Origin: Candidatus Fermentibacterota bacterium | GTDB lineage: Bacteria; Fermentibacterota; Fermentibacteria; Fermentibacterales; JCC-6 | Length of the DNA: 64,000 bases | NCBI GenBank assembly: GCA_963845085.1 | Contig: CAWJQI010000005.1 | Span: 192,001 to 256,000, forward strand | Direction of reading: 5' to 3' | Part shown: positions 45,219-54,834 of the stretch, in pieces | Layout of the letters: each line of letters begins with the position of its first letter | Numbering within the stretch: position 1 is the stretch's first letter | Position numbers and translations under genes: made by a program | Notes under the pieces: model-generated | The model's input: only the letters and a program-made list of their open reading frames with translations | What the model was told of the DNA's origin: nothing | Databases searched by the model: none

Positions 45219-46335
45219 TCAGATCTCCCCACCCCCGCCCTGTGGGCTCACGCCGTCTGTCTCACCGTAGTAGATCACATTTTCCTCTTCGGGATTGAAC
45301 GGGGCGACCGCAATCGACCCGTGGCCCAGCGCAACGAGCCATCCATCCATCTCCTGTTCATTCCCGACAACTATCTCCAGTTCACGGGACGGTTCGTTCG
45401 CCGGTCCGTAGATGTCGAAACACATGCGCCGAACCGGGCCCCTGCGTACCCAAAGGTCTCCGTTGCTGCTGCAGTAAAGGGACTGGACGATGTTGTGAAG
45501 GGGGTCAGCCTCGAACTCGAACCCGGCCTCACTTCCGGTCCCGCGGATCCAGGCGTTCCTCAGCCTTAGTGTTTCGGATTCCATCTCTTCCTGCGTTTTC
45601 CCGACCGGTGTGGCATCCCCTGAAATTGTCGCCAGATGCTGGTTCTGGAGTGTTACCTGGTTGACCTCGTAAGACTCGGGGCTTATCTCGGAGATGAACA
45701 GGGCTTCCCCGTCGGGAAGGACCGAGAATGCTATCGCTGTCTCCTTGATGTAGACAATGGGATGAAAGCTGTCTCGCCAGTCTTGTGTGAAAGATCGTTT
45801 GCCTTGCCGGGTTTGATGGATCCGATACATCCCAGCTGCAGAGCCTTGTTCCACACCCCTCATCCTCGTCGAAGATGTAGTCGAGCCCTATGAGGCAGCT
45901 GTCAGAAATGGCGATCAGGCGGACAGGCGTGCCGGGACGCAGCGCGCACCCGTTGAAAAGCACCTCGCTGCTGCATTCATACCCGGCGTTATAGAAGAGC
46001 ATTTTCCTGTCGGCGGGGCAATTCAGAATGAAGCCCCCGCCGGGCCTTCCTGCCAGTTCTGTTGGCGCCGTGCATTCAAGGGGACCCTCGCCGATTGACG
46101 ATATCTGCATGAAATGCACACCATCCCTGTAAATGTGAACAGCCCCGGATATCTGATCAAGCACTGCCAGATCACCGTTCTCAAGGTAGCACAGGCTTGC
46201 GATGCCAGCCAGGCCATCTCTCTCGACATCGATTCTTGAGAAGAGCTCCACCGTGGAAAGCTGTTCTTCCGGGACGCGCGCTTTACCGCAACTGCAGGCG
46301 AAAAGCAGCGCAATGAAAAGAATTGGTTTGAGCAT
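45219..46335 (-). pseudogene. 6-bladed beta-propeller-type lipoprotein split by one frameshift near 45774 (decay or sequence error)
   Basis: Lipobox CSCG and GEGPLE in ORF 45529..46335. Protein-like sequence continues in ORF 45219..45863 (DSFHPIVYI...GDLWVRRG) after removing one base. Confidence 0.7.
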
Positions 46336-46361
46336 TGTTTCATCACCGTATCTTCAATTGA

Positions 46362-46396
46362 CCGGCGGACATCATCGAGACGACGATGTCCACCGG
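46362..46396 (-). promoter_or_regulatory. 16-bp RNA hairpin immediately downstream of the Cys-rich peptide gene
   Basis: CCGGUGGACAUCGUCG-UCU-CGAUGAUGUCCGCCGG. It is fully paired on the minus strand (two G-U pairs) but has two A-C mismatches on the plus strand. Confidence 0.7.
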
Positions 46397-46414
46397 CGCA
46401 GCGCCTGGTTTCGA

Positions 46415-46543
46415 TCAGAAGGGCCACATATCAAGGGTCTGGCAAACGCACTGCATGTAGAAGTGTTTGCACTGCTCATCGCACTGCTCGTTATCGAGCA
46501 TTCCTCCGAGGTCCGGCATGGCCGGGGGATTGACAAGAAGCAT
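46415..46543 (-). CDS. Putative Cys-rich RiPP precursor peptide, 42 aa (MLLVNPPAMPDLGGMLDNEQCDEQCKHFYMQCVCQTLDMWPF); not in the supplied ORF track
   Basis: AAAGGAGG RBS 6 nt upstream. Four Cys in the C-terminal half. Directly downstream of a radical SAM/SPASM gene. Confidence 0.65.
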   Translation of the reverse strand: MLLVNPPAMPDLGGMLDNEQCDEQCKHFYMQCVCQTLDMWPF

Positions 46544-47800
46544 TTTTCGCCTCCTTTCCATGTTTCAAGGGTTGCCTGCGAGCCCGATAGTTTTCGAAGA
46601 TGAAGCTCTCGAACCCTTCTTTTGTGAATCTGCATTTGGGGACTCCGCGCTTGAGCAGGGCATCGGGACAACCTCCGCCACATGCGGGCAGCATTCTGCA
46701 GTCTCTGCAGCCTGCCTCGCTGAAGGGGTTCCAACTTTCCCAGACCCTGTAGGATGAAATAAGGCCGCGAAGTGAAAGCTCATGGGTATCGGATGTGTCC
46801 TGCACCTGGTTCCAGCACCTTGCAAGCCTTCCTTCCGGCAGAATCACACAACTCATGAGCGTTGTTGCCGCACAGCCGGGAAACCTCGCATTGAGCCTGT
46901 CGGTGTACAACTCGGCCGTGCAGACCTCCTTTTCCATTTTCATGAGGTTGCTGATCCCTTCGGAAAAGCTTTTCCGATGTTCATAGGTTGTGGGGGCGCG
47001 GTACACGTGTATGTTCTCATCGGTCGCGATCCCACGCCTGAATTCTTCATAGTCGAACTCGTATCCCCCATCGATGTTAACCCTTACCAGAACCTTCATG
47101 TGACGGGCTGCCGTTTTGATGTTTTGGACGACCCTTTCGAAGGTTCCCCTGCCGTCTTTTGTGGTTCGCCTTGTGTCGTGCACATGCGCCGGCCCGTCAA
47201 GCGTGATCTGTGCTGCCGTCACGCCTGCTTCGTGAAGCGAGACCGAAAGCGGCTCGTCGAGCAGATAGCCGTTCGTGACAAGCATCGCATTCGCTTTCCG
47301 GTCAGCATTTCTCACCGCCGCCAGCACCGCAAGGCAAACCCCGGGGTAAAGCAGAGGCTCTCCGCCGTAAAGTGTGGTGTGAATGCCCGCGGGCCTTGCA
47401 GCATCAATCAATTCAACAATGCCGTTGATGACTTCGTCGCTGAGGACTGCGTCGTTCTTCTCGCCCTCGCTCTGTATGCAGTAGGAACAGCTGAAATTGC
47501 ATCTGCGTGTGATGACCGCTGGTCATCCGCATCTCTCCTGCGAACCTCGCCGACTTCATGAGTGTTTCGAGGTAGTACCTCTCATCGAAACCGTCGGGGA
47601 TCACAAATCCCGCTGATTCAAGGGCGTCAAGGGTTGCGCCGTCGCATAGCGGAGGCGTCGAATTCACCCCCGGGTTCGAGAAGCAGCGCTTCCAGGTACC
47701 CGTGATCGCCGTCGAGTTCGAACATGCCCCCGGTGAACCCGTTGAAGATCACGTGAACGCCGTTTCGGCGAACAGACCAGTTGTACCGCGAGTTTTTCAC
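46491..47800 (-). pseudogene. Radical SAM/SPASM peptide maturase split by two frameshifts (~47644-47670 and ~47520)
   Basis: GTG-KNSRYN...VIFNGFTG N-terminus, then LDALESAGFVI, then TRRCNFSCSYC, YGGEPLL, VTNGYLL, QITLDG, and SPASM C...CW...CRDCRMLPACGGGCP...C. Confidence 0.85.
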
Positions 47801-47949
47801 GTGTGATCCAGATAAATCATGGGCCGAATGTGGCGCATGAAACGTTTCGCAATACCAATGGTTTCATAGTCATTTACCCCAATTCTTTAGCAAGGGGCGC
47901 TCAGATGCCTGCTTCCGTATTCATAAGTACGGCCCGGACGGGCCGTTTT

Positions 47950-50900
47950 TCAAGAGGGTTCGTTCCCCGAATCCAGTGTCACCCTGACCATCCTGGCAAG
48001 CTCGGTACCGGAGAAGGGCTTCTGGATGAAGTTGACACCCTCGTTCAGAACTCCCTCGTTTGCTATGGCGTCTGCGGTATAGCCCGACATGAAAAGGCAG
48101 CGGATGCCCGGAAACAATTCCGATAGGCGCCCCGCAAGAACGGCGCCGTTCATGCCCGGCATGACCACGTCGGTGATGAGCATGTGAACCTGTCCGTCGT
48201 ATCTTCCGGCCAGTGCAATGGCCTGCTCGGGGCTGTCTGCTGTAAGGACGCTGTATCCCAGCCGCTCGAGCATTATCCGTGTCACGTCGAGTATCGCACC
48301 CTCATCTTCAACGACAAGGACGGTTTCATGGCCGTGAACGGTGGTCAGGGTGCGGGACCTTGCAGGGGGGGGAGGCGTCGTTCCATGACGGGGAAGACAG
48401 ACCCTGAACGTGCTGCCCTTGCCGGGTTCGCTGCGCACTTCAATGTAGCCCTTGTTCTGCTTCACGATCCCGTAGACCGTTGCAAGCCCGAGCCCGGTTC
48501 CCTTGCCCTGCTCCTTGGTCGTGAAGAACGGTTCGAAAAGATGCGAAAGCATGGCTGTGTCCATGCCGCACCCGTTGTCTCCCACCGAGAGCAGCGCGTA
48601 CTCGCCCGGGATCGAGCCCGGATGCGCCGAGCAGAAAACTTCGTCGAATGTCACGGCTCCCGTCTCTATCGTTATCCTGCCGGATTCTCCAACGGCATCC
48701 CGGGCGTTCACGCAAAGGTTCGTAAGGATCTGGTCAATCTGGGACGGGTCCATCCGTACGGGACCAAGGCCGGAGGCCGGGTTCCAGACCAGTTCGATGT
48801 TCTCGCCTATGAGACGGCGAAGCATCCGAAGCATGCCGTCCACCGTCTGGTTCAGATCAAGCACTTTGGGAGCGATGGTCTGTTTCCGGGCGAACGCCAG
48901 GAGCTGCCGGGTGAGATCGGCCGACCGTTCGGCCGCCTTTTTTATCTCCTCCAGATCGGATGCGAGGGGATGGTCGCGCTCCACGCGTTCAAGGGCGAAC
49001 TCGGCATGGCCGAGTATCGCTCCGAGCATGTTGTTGAAATCATGCGCAACGCCTCCAGCAAGTCTCCCGACTGAATCCATCTTCTGTGCCTGATAAAGCT
49101 GCTCCTGAAGAATCCCGCGTTCCTCCTCGGCCAACACCCTGTCCGTTATGTCGGTGGTGAGGATCACAACCCTTTCAACAACCCCTTCGTTGTTCGTGAT
49201 CCCGTTGAAGTGCTGGCTGATGATCCGGCGCTGTCCGGTGATGGGGTGCCTTGAATTGGTCTGCATCTCCGAGATGAAGAAATCCCCGCCCCTGGTGAAC
49301 ACCCGTCTCACATCCTCGTGAAAACGGTGGAAGTAGCTGTCCCGTTCATCGAAAGCCAGCATCTCCCGCGGGCGCATGTCATGTCTGATCCGTTCCTCCG
49401 TCATTCCCCAGAGGTTCTCCCAGGCCTTGTTGTAAAGCAGAAGCTGCCCGGTCGGCGACCGGACGGATATGCCGGTACGGGAGTTGTCGATGACCGTGCG
49501 GGCGAGGCTCTCGCTCTGTTGCAGAGCGTCTTCTGCCCTGCCACGCATTATGGCATGGATGATCATCGAACCGAGCAGGTTGAGTGAATCCATTTCAACC
49601 TCGGTCCAGACCCGCTCTGCCCTGATCGCATCGAACCCGAGGAACCCGACAAGGCTTCCTTCCAGCACCATGGGGATCACCATGAGGGATTTGACGCCCT
49701 GCCTCTGAAGGATCTCCTTCTCACAGGCAGCCTGCTCCGGAAGTTCGGAGACCGACGGGACATTGATGATCCTCCCCTCGACGAACCGCTCAATCCACCA
49801 TGGCAGTGGGCATTCCGGCATGTCCCTCGAACCCGGATCAAGGGGCTGGATTGATTCGGCGCACCATTCATGCGTCTTTTCCATCCTTGCGGAGTTGTTC
49901 CGGAACAGAAACACGTAGGCGCGGTCGGCGCCGACAAACGACCCGATGGAGTTGAGCGCCCTCTGAATGACCGCATCGGTGAGGGCGGGCGTCTCCCTTA
50001 TGAACTCGGAGGATGCAACAGAGATGAGCTTTTGCAGCTCGACATGCCGCGAGATTGTTTCCTGTGCCTTTCTGCGCTCAGTAATGTCATGCAGAACCAC
50101 CAGTGTTCCGATGTGCTTCCCTCCCGGTGTGACCAATGTCGTCCTGGAAGCGCTGAAAACGTTGTTTCCGAGAACAATGTCTCCCTTGTCGGAGCCGTCC
50201 GTGAAGAATTCGGAAGCCGGAACCGTGTGCACGGACATGACGCCTTCTGCGGAAACGCTGAATGCGCTCGAGGCGAGAAGCGTTTTGGCCCCCGGGTTGC
50301 TGCTGAGAAGCCTTGACCGCCTGTCGAGCACGAAAACGGCGTCGGGCAGGTTCTCGAACAACACATCCATCGCGAACGGCGTTATGTCGAAAAGCTTCAC
50401 GGTCATTATGCCGATGTAGAAGACCAGCCCGGTTCCCATGAAGGCGACCGGGGTAAGGTCGAGAAACCCGAAGGGCTTGTAGCCGAGGATGAATGCCAGG
50501 TGGGAGATGTAAGGAAGAAGGGCGCCCGCTATGATGAAGGCAACGCGTGCCCTGCTGGGCGACGTATTCCAGAGAAACATCCGGATCAGCAGCGCCAGCC
50601 CCATGGCGACCATCAGGTTGGAGTAGACGATGTGCTGCCACCAGAAAAAGCCGGGACGGTACGTCAGAAAGCTCTGCGTTCCCGACATTCCGAGCGATAC
50701 GGACGAGTAGAAGAGATGGTGCATGTCGTTGGTGGCCAGCATGATAACGGAGATGGCAGGAACGGTGAAGAACAGCGCGACGGCAAGTGGAGAGCGCCTT
50801 CGCACCGATCCTGAATACCTTGCTGCGAACATGAGCCAGAGGACGGGGGAAGCCGCGACCCCAAGGTAGGCCGGAACGAGAAGGGCTTTTTTGTCGGCAA

Positions 50901-51075
50901 GGTCGGGGGAAGAGAGCGAAAGGCCGTAGAAGAGCGACCACAGCGTGACAGCCGCAAGCAGGCGGGCCAGCGCAGAGGCCGCCGGGTTCTGTCTTCTTTT
51001 CCACGCATGGAAGCACAACAGCAGTGAGGCTATCGTGGATCCCAGCAGCAGCATGCCGGCCGGTTGCAGAGTCAT
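47950..51075 (-). CDS. Hybrid sensor histidine kinase/response regulator (7TM-PAS-GAF-PAS-HisKA-HATPase-REC)
   Basis: 7TM region with ATNDMHHLFY and DLTP. GRLAGGVAHDFNNML, NLCVNARDA, FEPFFTTK, GTGLGLA, LITDVVMP, FIQKPF. Confidence 0.93.
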   Translation of the reverse strand: MTLQPAGMLLLGSTIASLLLCFHAWKRRQNPAASALARLLAAVTLWSLFYGLSLSSPDLADKKALLVPAYLGVAASPVLWLMFAARYSGSVRRRSPLAVALFFTVPAISVIMLATNDMHHLFYSSVSLGMSGTQSFLTYRPGFFWWQHIVYSNLMVAMGLALLIRMFLWNTSPSRARVAFIIAGALLPYISHLAFILGYKPFGFLDLTPVAFMGTGLVFYIGIMTVKLFDITPFAMDVLFENLPDAVFVLDRRSRLLSSNPGAKTLLASSAFSVSAEGVMSVHTVPASEFFTDGSDKGDIVLGNNVFSASRTTLVTPGGKHIGTLVVLHDITERRKAQETISRHVELQKLISVASSEFIRETPALTDAVIQRALNSIGSFVGADRAYVFLFRNNSARMEKTHEWCAESIQPLDPGSRDMPECPLPWWIERFVEGRIINVPSVSELPEQAACEKEILQRQGVKSLMVIPMVLEGSLVGFLGFDAIRAERVWTEVEMDSLNLLGSMIIHAIMRGRAEDALQQSESLARTVIDNSRTGISVRSPTGQLLLYNKAWENLWGMTEERIRHDMRPREMLAFDERDSYFHRFHEDVRRVFTRGGDFFISEMQTNSRHPITGQRRIISQHFNGITNNEGVVERVVILTTDITDRVLAEEERGILQEQLYQAQKMDSVGRLAGGVAHDFNNMLGAILGHAEFALERVERDHPLASDLEEIKKAAERSADLTRQLLAFARKQTIAPKVLDLNQTVDGMLRMLRRLIGENIELVWNPASGLGPVRMDPSQIDQILTNLCVNARDAVGESGRITIETGAVTFDEVFCSAHPGSIPGEYALLSVGDNGCGMDTAMLSHLFEPFFTTKEQGKGTGLGLATVYGIVKQNKGYIEVRSEPGKGSTFRVCLPRHGTTPPPPARSRTLTTVHGHETVLVVEDEGAILDVTRIMLERLGYSVLTADSPEQAIALAGRYDGQVHMLITDVVMPGMNGAVLAGRLSELFPGIRCLFMSGYTADAIANEGVLNEGVNFIQKPFSGTELARMVRVTLDSGNEPS

Positions 51076-51295
51076 CAGGGATTGCCCTCCAGAAATTCCT
51101 GTGCCAGGACAGTAGCATACACTCTGCACCCGCGGCGTACAATCGGAGCTCCCGCCGGTGCAACAAGAGCATGGAGTGATGCAGGCATCCTGATCAGGGC
51201 TTTCAACAAGGTCTGAAGGACAGACCGTGGCCGTGCCGACAGCCGTATTGTCCTGGATCGCTTATTGACGGCCGGCTTGCGGGCGGCAGCCGGTT

Positions 51296-51790
51296 TCAGA
51301 CTTCCTGTCTGATCTCCACGGGAAGGAAAGTCACACCGGAAAGCCTCTCCATCTCCAGAGCCATCTCGACTGAGTTCTCAATCATCTGGGCGGGCACCAT
51401 GACAGGCAACCTTTTGCCCCGCATCTTCAAATAGAGAGGGCCCTTCAGCCCGGTCGTCCTGGCTTTCACAGCCGATGCCGCGGCAAGCCCGACGAGACCT
51501 CCGCCGAACTCGGCGCCGCTCATGGACGACAGTGTGACCGACTCGACATCCCCCCACCTTCCTGCGACGGTGGTAAGGTATCTGTATGCGAACCCCTCTT
51601 CCGTAATCCCGACGCCTGCTTTCCTGGCGCTGATGATAATCCAGACGCCAAGAGGGATCGTGATCACAAGGATGCAGCACAGAACGCCTGCGAAGACCTG
51701 CATCCCCCTCCAGGCGCCCTTCATGGGGAAGAATTTCCCGACCTGCTCAGCAGCCGCAAGCAGCGCCTTCTTGTCGATGGGCTCAGGCAT
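51296..51790 (-). CDS. Hypothetical membrane protein (PH-like domain possible)
   Basis: GGAAGG RBS and a TM hairpin followed by GITEEGF...W.DVESV. Confidence 0.6.
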   Translation of the reverse strand: MPEPIDKKALLAAAEQVGKFFPMKGAWRGMQVFAGVLCCILVITIPLGVWIIISARKAGVGITEEGFAYRYLTTVAGRWGDVESVTLSSMSGAEFGGGLVGLAAASAVKARTTGLKGPLYLKMRGKRLPVMVPAQMIENSVEMALEMERLSGVTFLPVEIRQEV

Positions 51791-51998
51791 ATCTCTCCCT
51801 TCCAACACATTGTATCGCTGACCACCACGAATTCACCGGCCGTCTCCCTGCGATGACGGCACCTCCCGTTTTCGGCAGTCTGCAGAATACATTCAGGAAT
51901 GCCTTGGTGCAATACCTGAGGAACCGCCCGACACGCGGCGGAAACAGTTCGGCCATGAGGTTCCCCTCATGGCCTGGCTGCGTCGGAAAGGTTCCGTG

Positions 51999-52604
51999 TT
52001 ACCTGTAGAGCGCCTTGATCCCCGCAAATGTTGTGTCTTCAAGGTCCATAAGAGTGTAGTCGACTTCGAGAAGGGGGTGGTTCCCCTGACCCGCCTCGCG
52101 GGAGCGGAAGTACTGGTAGGTCCCGCCATCCGAGGAAGTGCCGTAAAAGACGAGGCCGTAGTTCTCATAGGCGGCGTCGACCCAGGCCTGCACGAGAAGC
52201 TGGATGTCAAACTCGTACCAGCCCGTTCCCTCGATCACCGTCTGGGCGTAGGACATTGATTCGTCGTGCGCGACCGAGTCGGCCAGCACCGCCTCCACCC
52301 AGGGTTCGGTAACCCTGTACAGGTCGCAATCGAGTGAGCCGGTGGGATCACCGTCGTACCTGTACACTCTCAGAACTGCCGAGTTGATCAAGGAACCGGA
52401 GGGAATCGACGACAGGTCGAACCTGATCACTATCTCCTGATCAAAGGAGGTATGGATGTTGGTTCTGAGTTCCGGGCTCGTTCCATTCGGACCCTGGTCG
52501 ATCCAGACCCAGGTGTCGGCTGCCGGTTCAGCGCTGTAGGTTTCAGCGTATGCAACCGTTGCCGAGAGCAATGCGATGCTCGCCAAAATAAACGCGTTCC
52601 TCAT
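51999..52604 (-). CDS. Secreted DNRLRE-type domain protein with C-terminal TTFAGIKALYR motif
   Basis: GGAGG RBS and signal peptide. ADTWV, IRFDLSSIP...INSAVLRVY, VTEPW, DIQLLVQAW, NYGL, FRSRE, PLLEVDY. Confidence 0.75.
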   Translation of the reverse strand: MRNAFILASIALLSATVAYAETYSAEPAADTWVWIDQGPNGTSPELRTNIHTSFDQEIVIRFDLSSIPSGSLINSAVLRVYRYDGDPTGSLDCDLYRVTEPWVEAVLADSVAHDESMSYAQTVIEGTGWYEFDIQLLVQAWVDAAYENYGLVFYGTSSDGGTYQYFRSREAGQGNHPLLEVDYTLMDLEDTTFAGIKALYR

Positions 52605-53188
52605 GCCCTCCTCCAAACTGTCGGTTATCACAACCCTGATCCAGTTCACCCCTGTCATCCCGAACTGCATCATTCTTCATATCCCGGCATTCGCCCGGAT
52701 TGTTCCGGACAGCATAAAAGCAGAACCCCCGCAGGCACGCCAATCAAATCTCGCGGCTGGAACGCTTGTTCCATCGTCGGTGCGCACCCGTCCCGCAGAT
52801 ACAACGGCTTTAGCTACAAAGATATGATGGGACTGTCAAGTCGCAATAACGACAATAGATTTCATGAAACGACTTCACTCCACGGGCATTCCGGGCTTGG
52901 CAAATCAGCTGCGGGTCAATCGCGTCCGTGCCTTTCCAGTGGCTGAACCGGCGCGCCCGGGCTGCTCAACGGCAGCCCTTGAAAAACTGCGCTCCGGAGC
53001 CGTACTTACCTTTACCGACATCTGATGCGAAAGATTCACTTCCAACGCGAAGAACAGGTCTGTAAATGCATCATCATGAACCCGGGCAGAGGGTGCCGGA
53101 GCGCAGGCAGGATACCCCGTGACCGTCCGCGGCCGGGTCGCCGCATGGTGCGGTGCCCGAACCCGGACACAATAGGGAGGGATGTATC

Positions 53189-54317
53189 ATGTTGATTGGA
53201 AAAATGGAGTTCAGCGCCGGCTCGCTGAAGAAGCCGCTGATGATCAGCCCCGAGGGGAAGTTCATAACGGTCCAGCAGGTCGCGGAATCCCCCGCACTGG
53301 GCAGGGGATCCCTCTTCTCCCTCAGCGAGGACCTTCAAATGAAGCTCGCCATCGAGCGCTACTCCCACGAATCCGATTTTTCACTGGGAGTGATAGGGGT
53401 GGGCCTCTACACACGCGACGAGATCATCGAAAACATCCGCAAGCGTACCGAGTTCGGCATACTCGCAACAAAGGTCGAGATGGGTTACTGCAGCGAGCTG
53501 GCAGGCTCAATCACCCGCCGGACCATCCCCTCCTGGCCCAAGGTCCCCATCAAGCCGATCCAAGGAAATGGAATGGTGGAAACCGATCCAGAGGTGCATA
53601 CGCCTAAGGCTCAGAAACAGGGCGCTCTTCTGCGAAAACACCACTGACAGCGTTGCCGGCCCCATCGCAACATGGCGCATTGCAAACGTCCACCCCAGCT
53701 TCACTTCCCAGGGCTTCGTCGTTCTTGTCCTGTCCGGCAGCGACGACACCCGAAGCAACTTTGTCGACAAGGCGAAAAGCTCCCTCACCACCTACATCGG
53801 GGGTGTGGGGCACGGCAATTACGACCGTTACACCGGCCACTGGTCCGACATCATCCTCAAGGTGGGCTCCTACGATTCCGCAGAGGTGAGCGGGAAGTCC
53901 CTCCATTTCCTCAGCTGCAGGACCGCGAAGAACCTTGGCCCCGACACTGTGACCAAGGGCGCAAGGTCCTACTGCGGATACGACGAGAACTTCACGTTCG
54001 TGTGGGACGACTCGGCCACCCCGGTCAACGAGTTTGTCCTCTTCATGCAGGCAGACGGCACGTTCGACCAGTTCATGGCCAGTGGCTCGAAGGCCTCCGA
54101 GGCCTACAATGCGGCGATCCAGGCCTTCAATGCGGCCATTGCACAGGTTCCCAACACCGCCGCAGCCTCATGGCTGACGTACGACCGTGACCATCTTAGA
54201 TTGCACGGAGACGGCGACGCCACGATCAAACCCCACCGCTGGCTGAAGATTTGTTTCCCGATCCGCCACTTCATTCACGAAGACCGCCTTGTCGAAGCGG
54301 GTGAACTCGAGGACTGA
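53189..54317 (+). pseudogene. Caspase/gingipain-fold (clan CD) cysteine protease with an uncharacterised N-terminal domain; one frameshift near 53561
   Basis: AGGGAGG RBS. The N-domain ORF joins ORF 53568..54317 after removing one base. YIGGVGHGN (His) and LHFLSCRTA (Cys), YCGY, LHGD. No signal peptide. Confidence 0.65.
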
Positions 54318-54329
54318 AACACCGCAAAC

Positions 54330-54355
54330 GGGGCCTCCCCCACGCGGGAGGCCCC
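54330..54355 (+). promoter_or_regulatory. Intergenic 10-bp hairpin
   Basis: GGGGCCTCCC-CCACGC-GGGAGGCCCC with a short T-run. Confidence 0.55.
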
Positions 54356-54376
54356 TTCAGCGAAAGGAGAACCCGC

Positions 54377-54718
54377 ATGAGCCTTCCAGAAATCAGGGGC
54401 GAGGACAGGATGAAGCCGGTCTGCTACGACCCCGCACGCAGGCTCTTCATCACCATCGACGATCTGCTCTCCGGGCGGGAGAAAATCGTGCCGCTCTCGA
54501 CCCTCTCCGAAGAGGAACGCAGGCTCCTCGTCATAAGGCGCCAGGAACTCGGCCCCGACTACACGGTGCAGGCCGTCAGCGGCACCCCCATGTCACGCGA
54601 CGATGTGATCAGTGCGATCCGCCGGAACGACGGCTTCGGAGCCGCAGCGGTTGAGGCCGAGCTTTCATATCTCAAAGGTCTTCTCGAGCTTCTTGCCGGG
54701 GAGATCAAACCCGGGTGA
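54377..54718 (+). CDS. Small protein homologous to the N-terminal domain of the upstream protease
   Basis: AAAGGAG RBS. Colinear matches FIT, LSE, RD..I..IR, FG, E..Y. Confidence 0.75.
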   Translation: MSLPEIRGEDRMKPVCYDPARRLFITIDDLLSGREKIVPLSTLSEEERRLLVIRRQELGPDYTVQAVSGTPMSRDDVISAIRRNDGFGAAAVEAELSYLKGLLELLAGEIKPG

Positions 54719-54834
54719 TCCTGGCGGGGCAGCGGTCTCTCCGCTCTGTTCCGTGAGCTGTTCGATAAGGGTTCACGGGATTGACCTCAATAAAGGGGAA
54801 TGCCCCCCGCACAAAAAGCACGGGGGGCCATCGC

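Noticed and set aside
52680..53185. Riboswitch (c-di-AMP or c-di-GMP) in the long divergent intergenic region
   Set aside because: Only a short CCCGAACCCG resemblance and isolated hairpins are present. The other conserved elements could not be found.
45770..53565. Programmed ribosomal frameshifting or phase variation
   Set aside because: No shared slippery heptamer or long repeat tract at the four sites (only one G5 run). Sequence error or decay is simpler.
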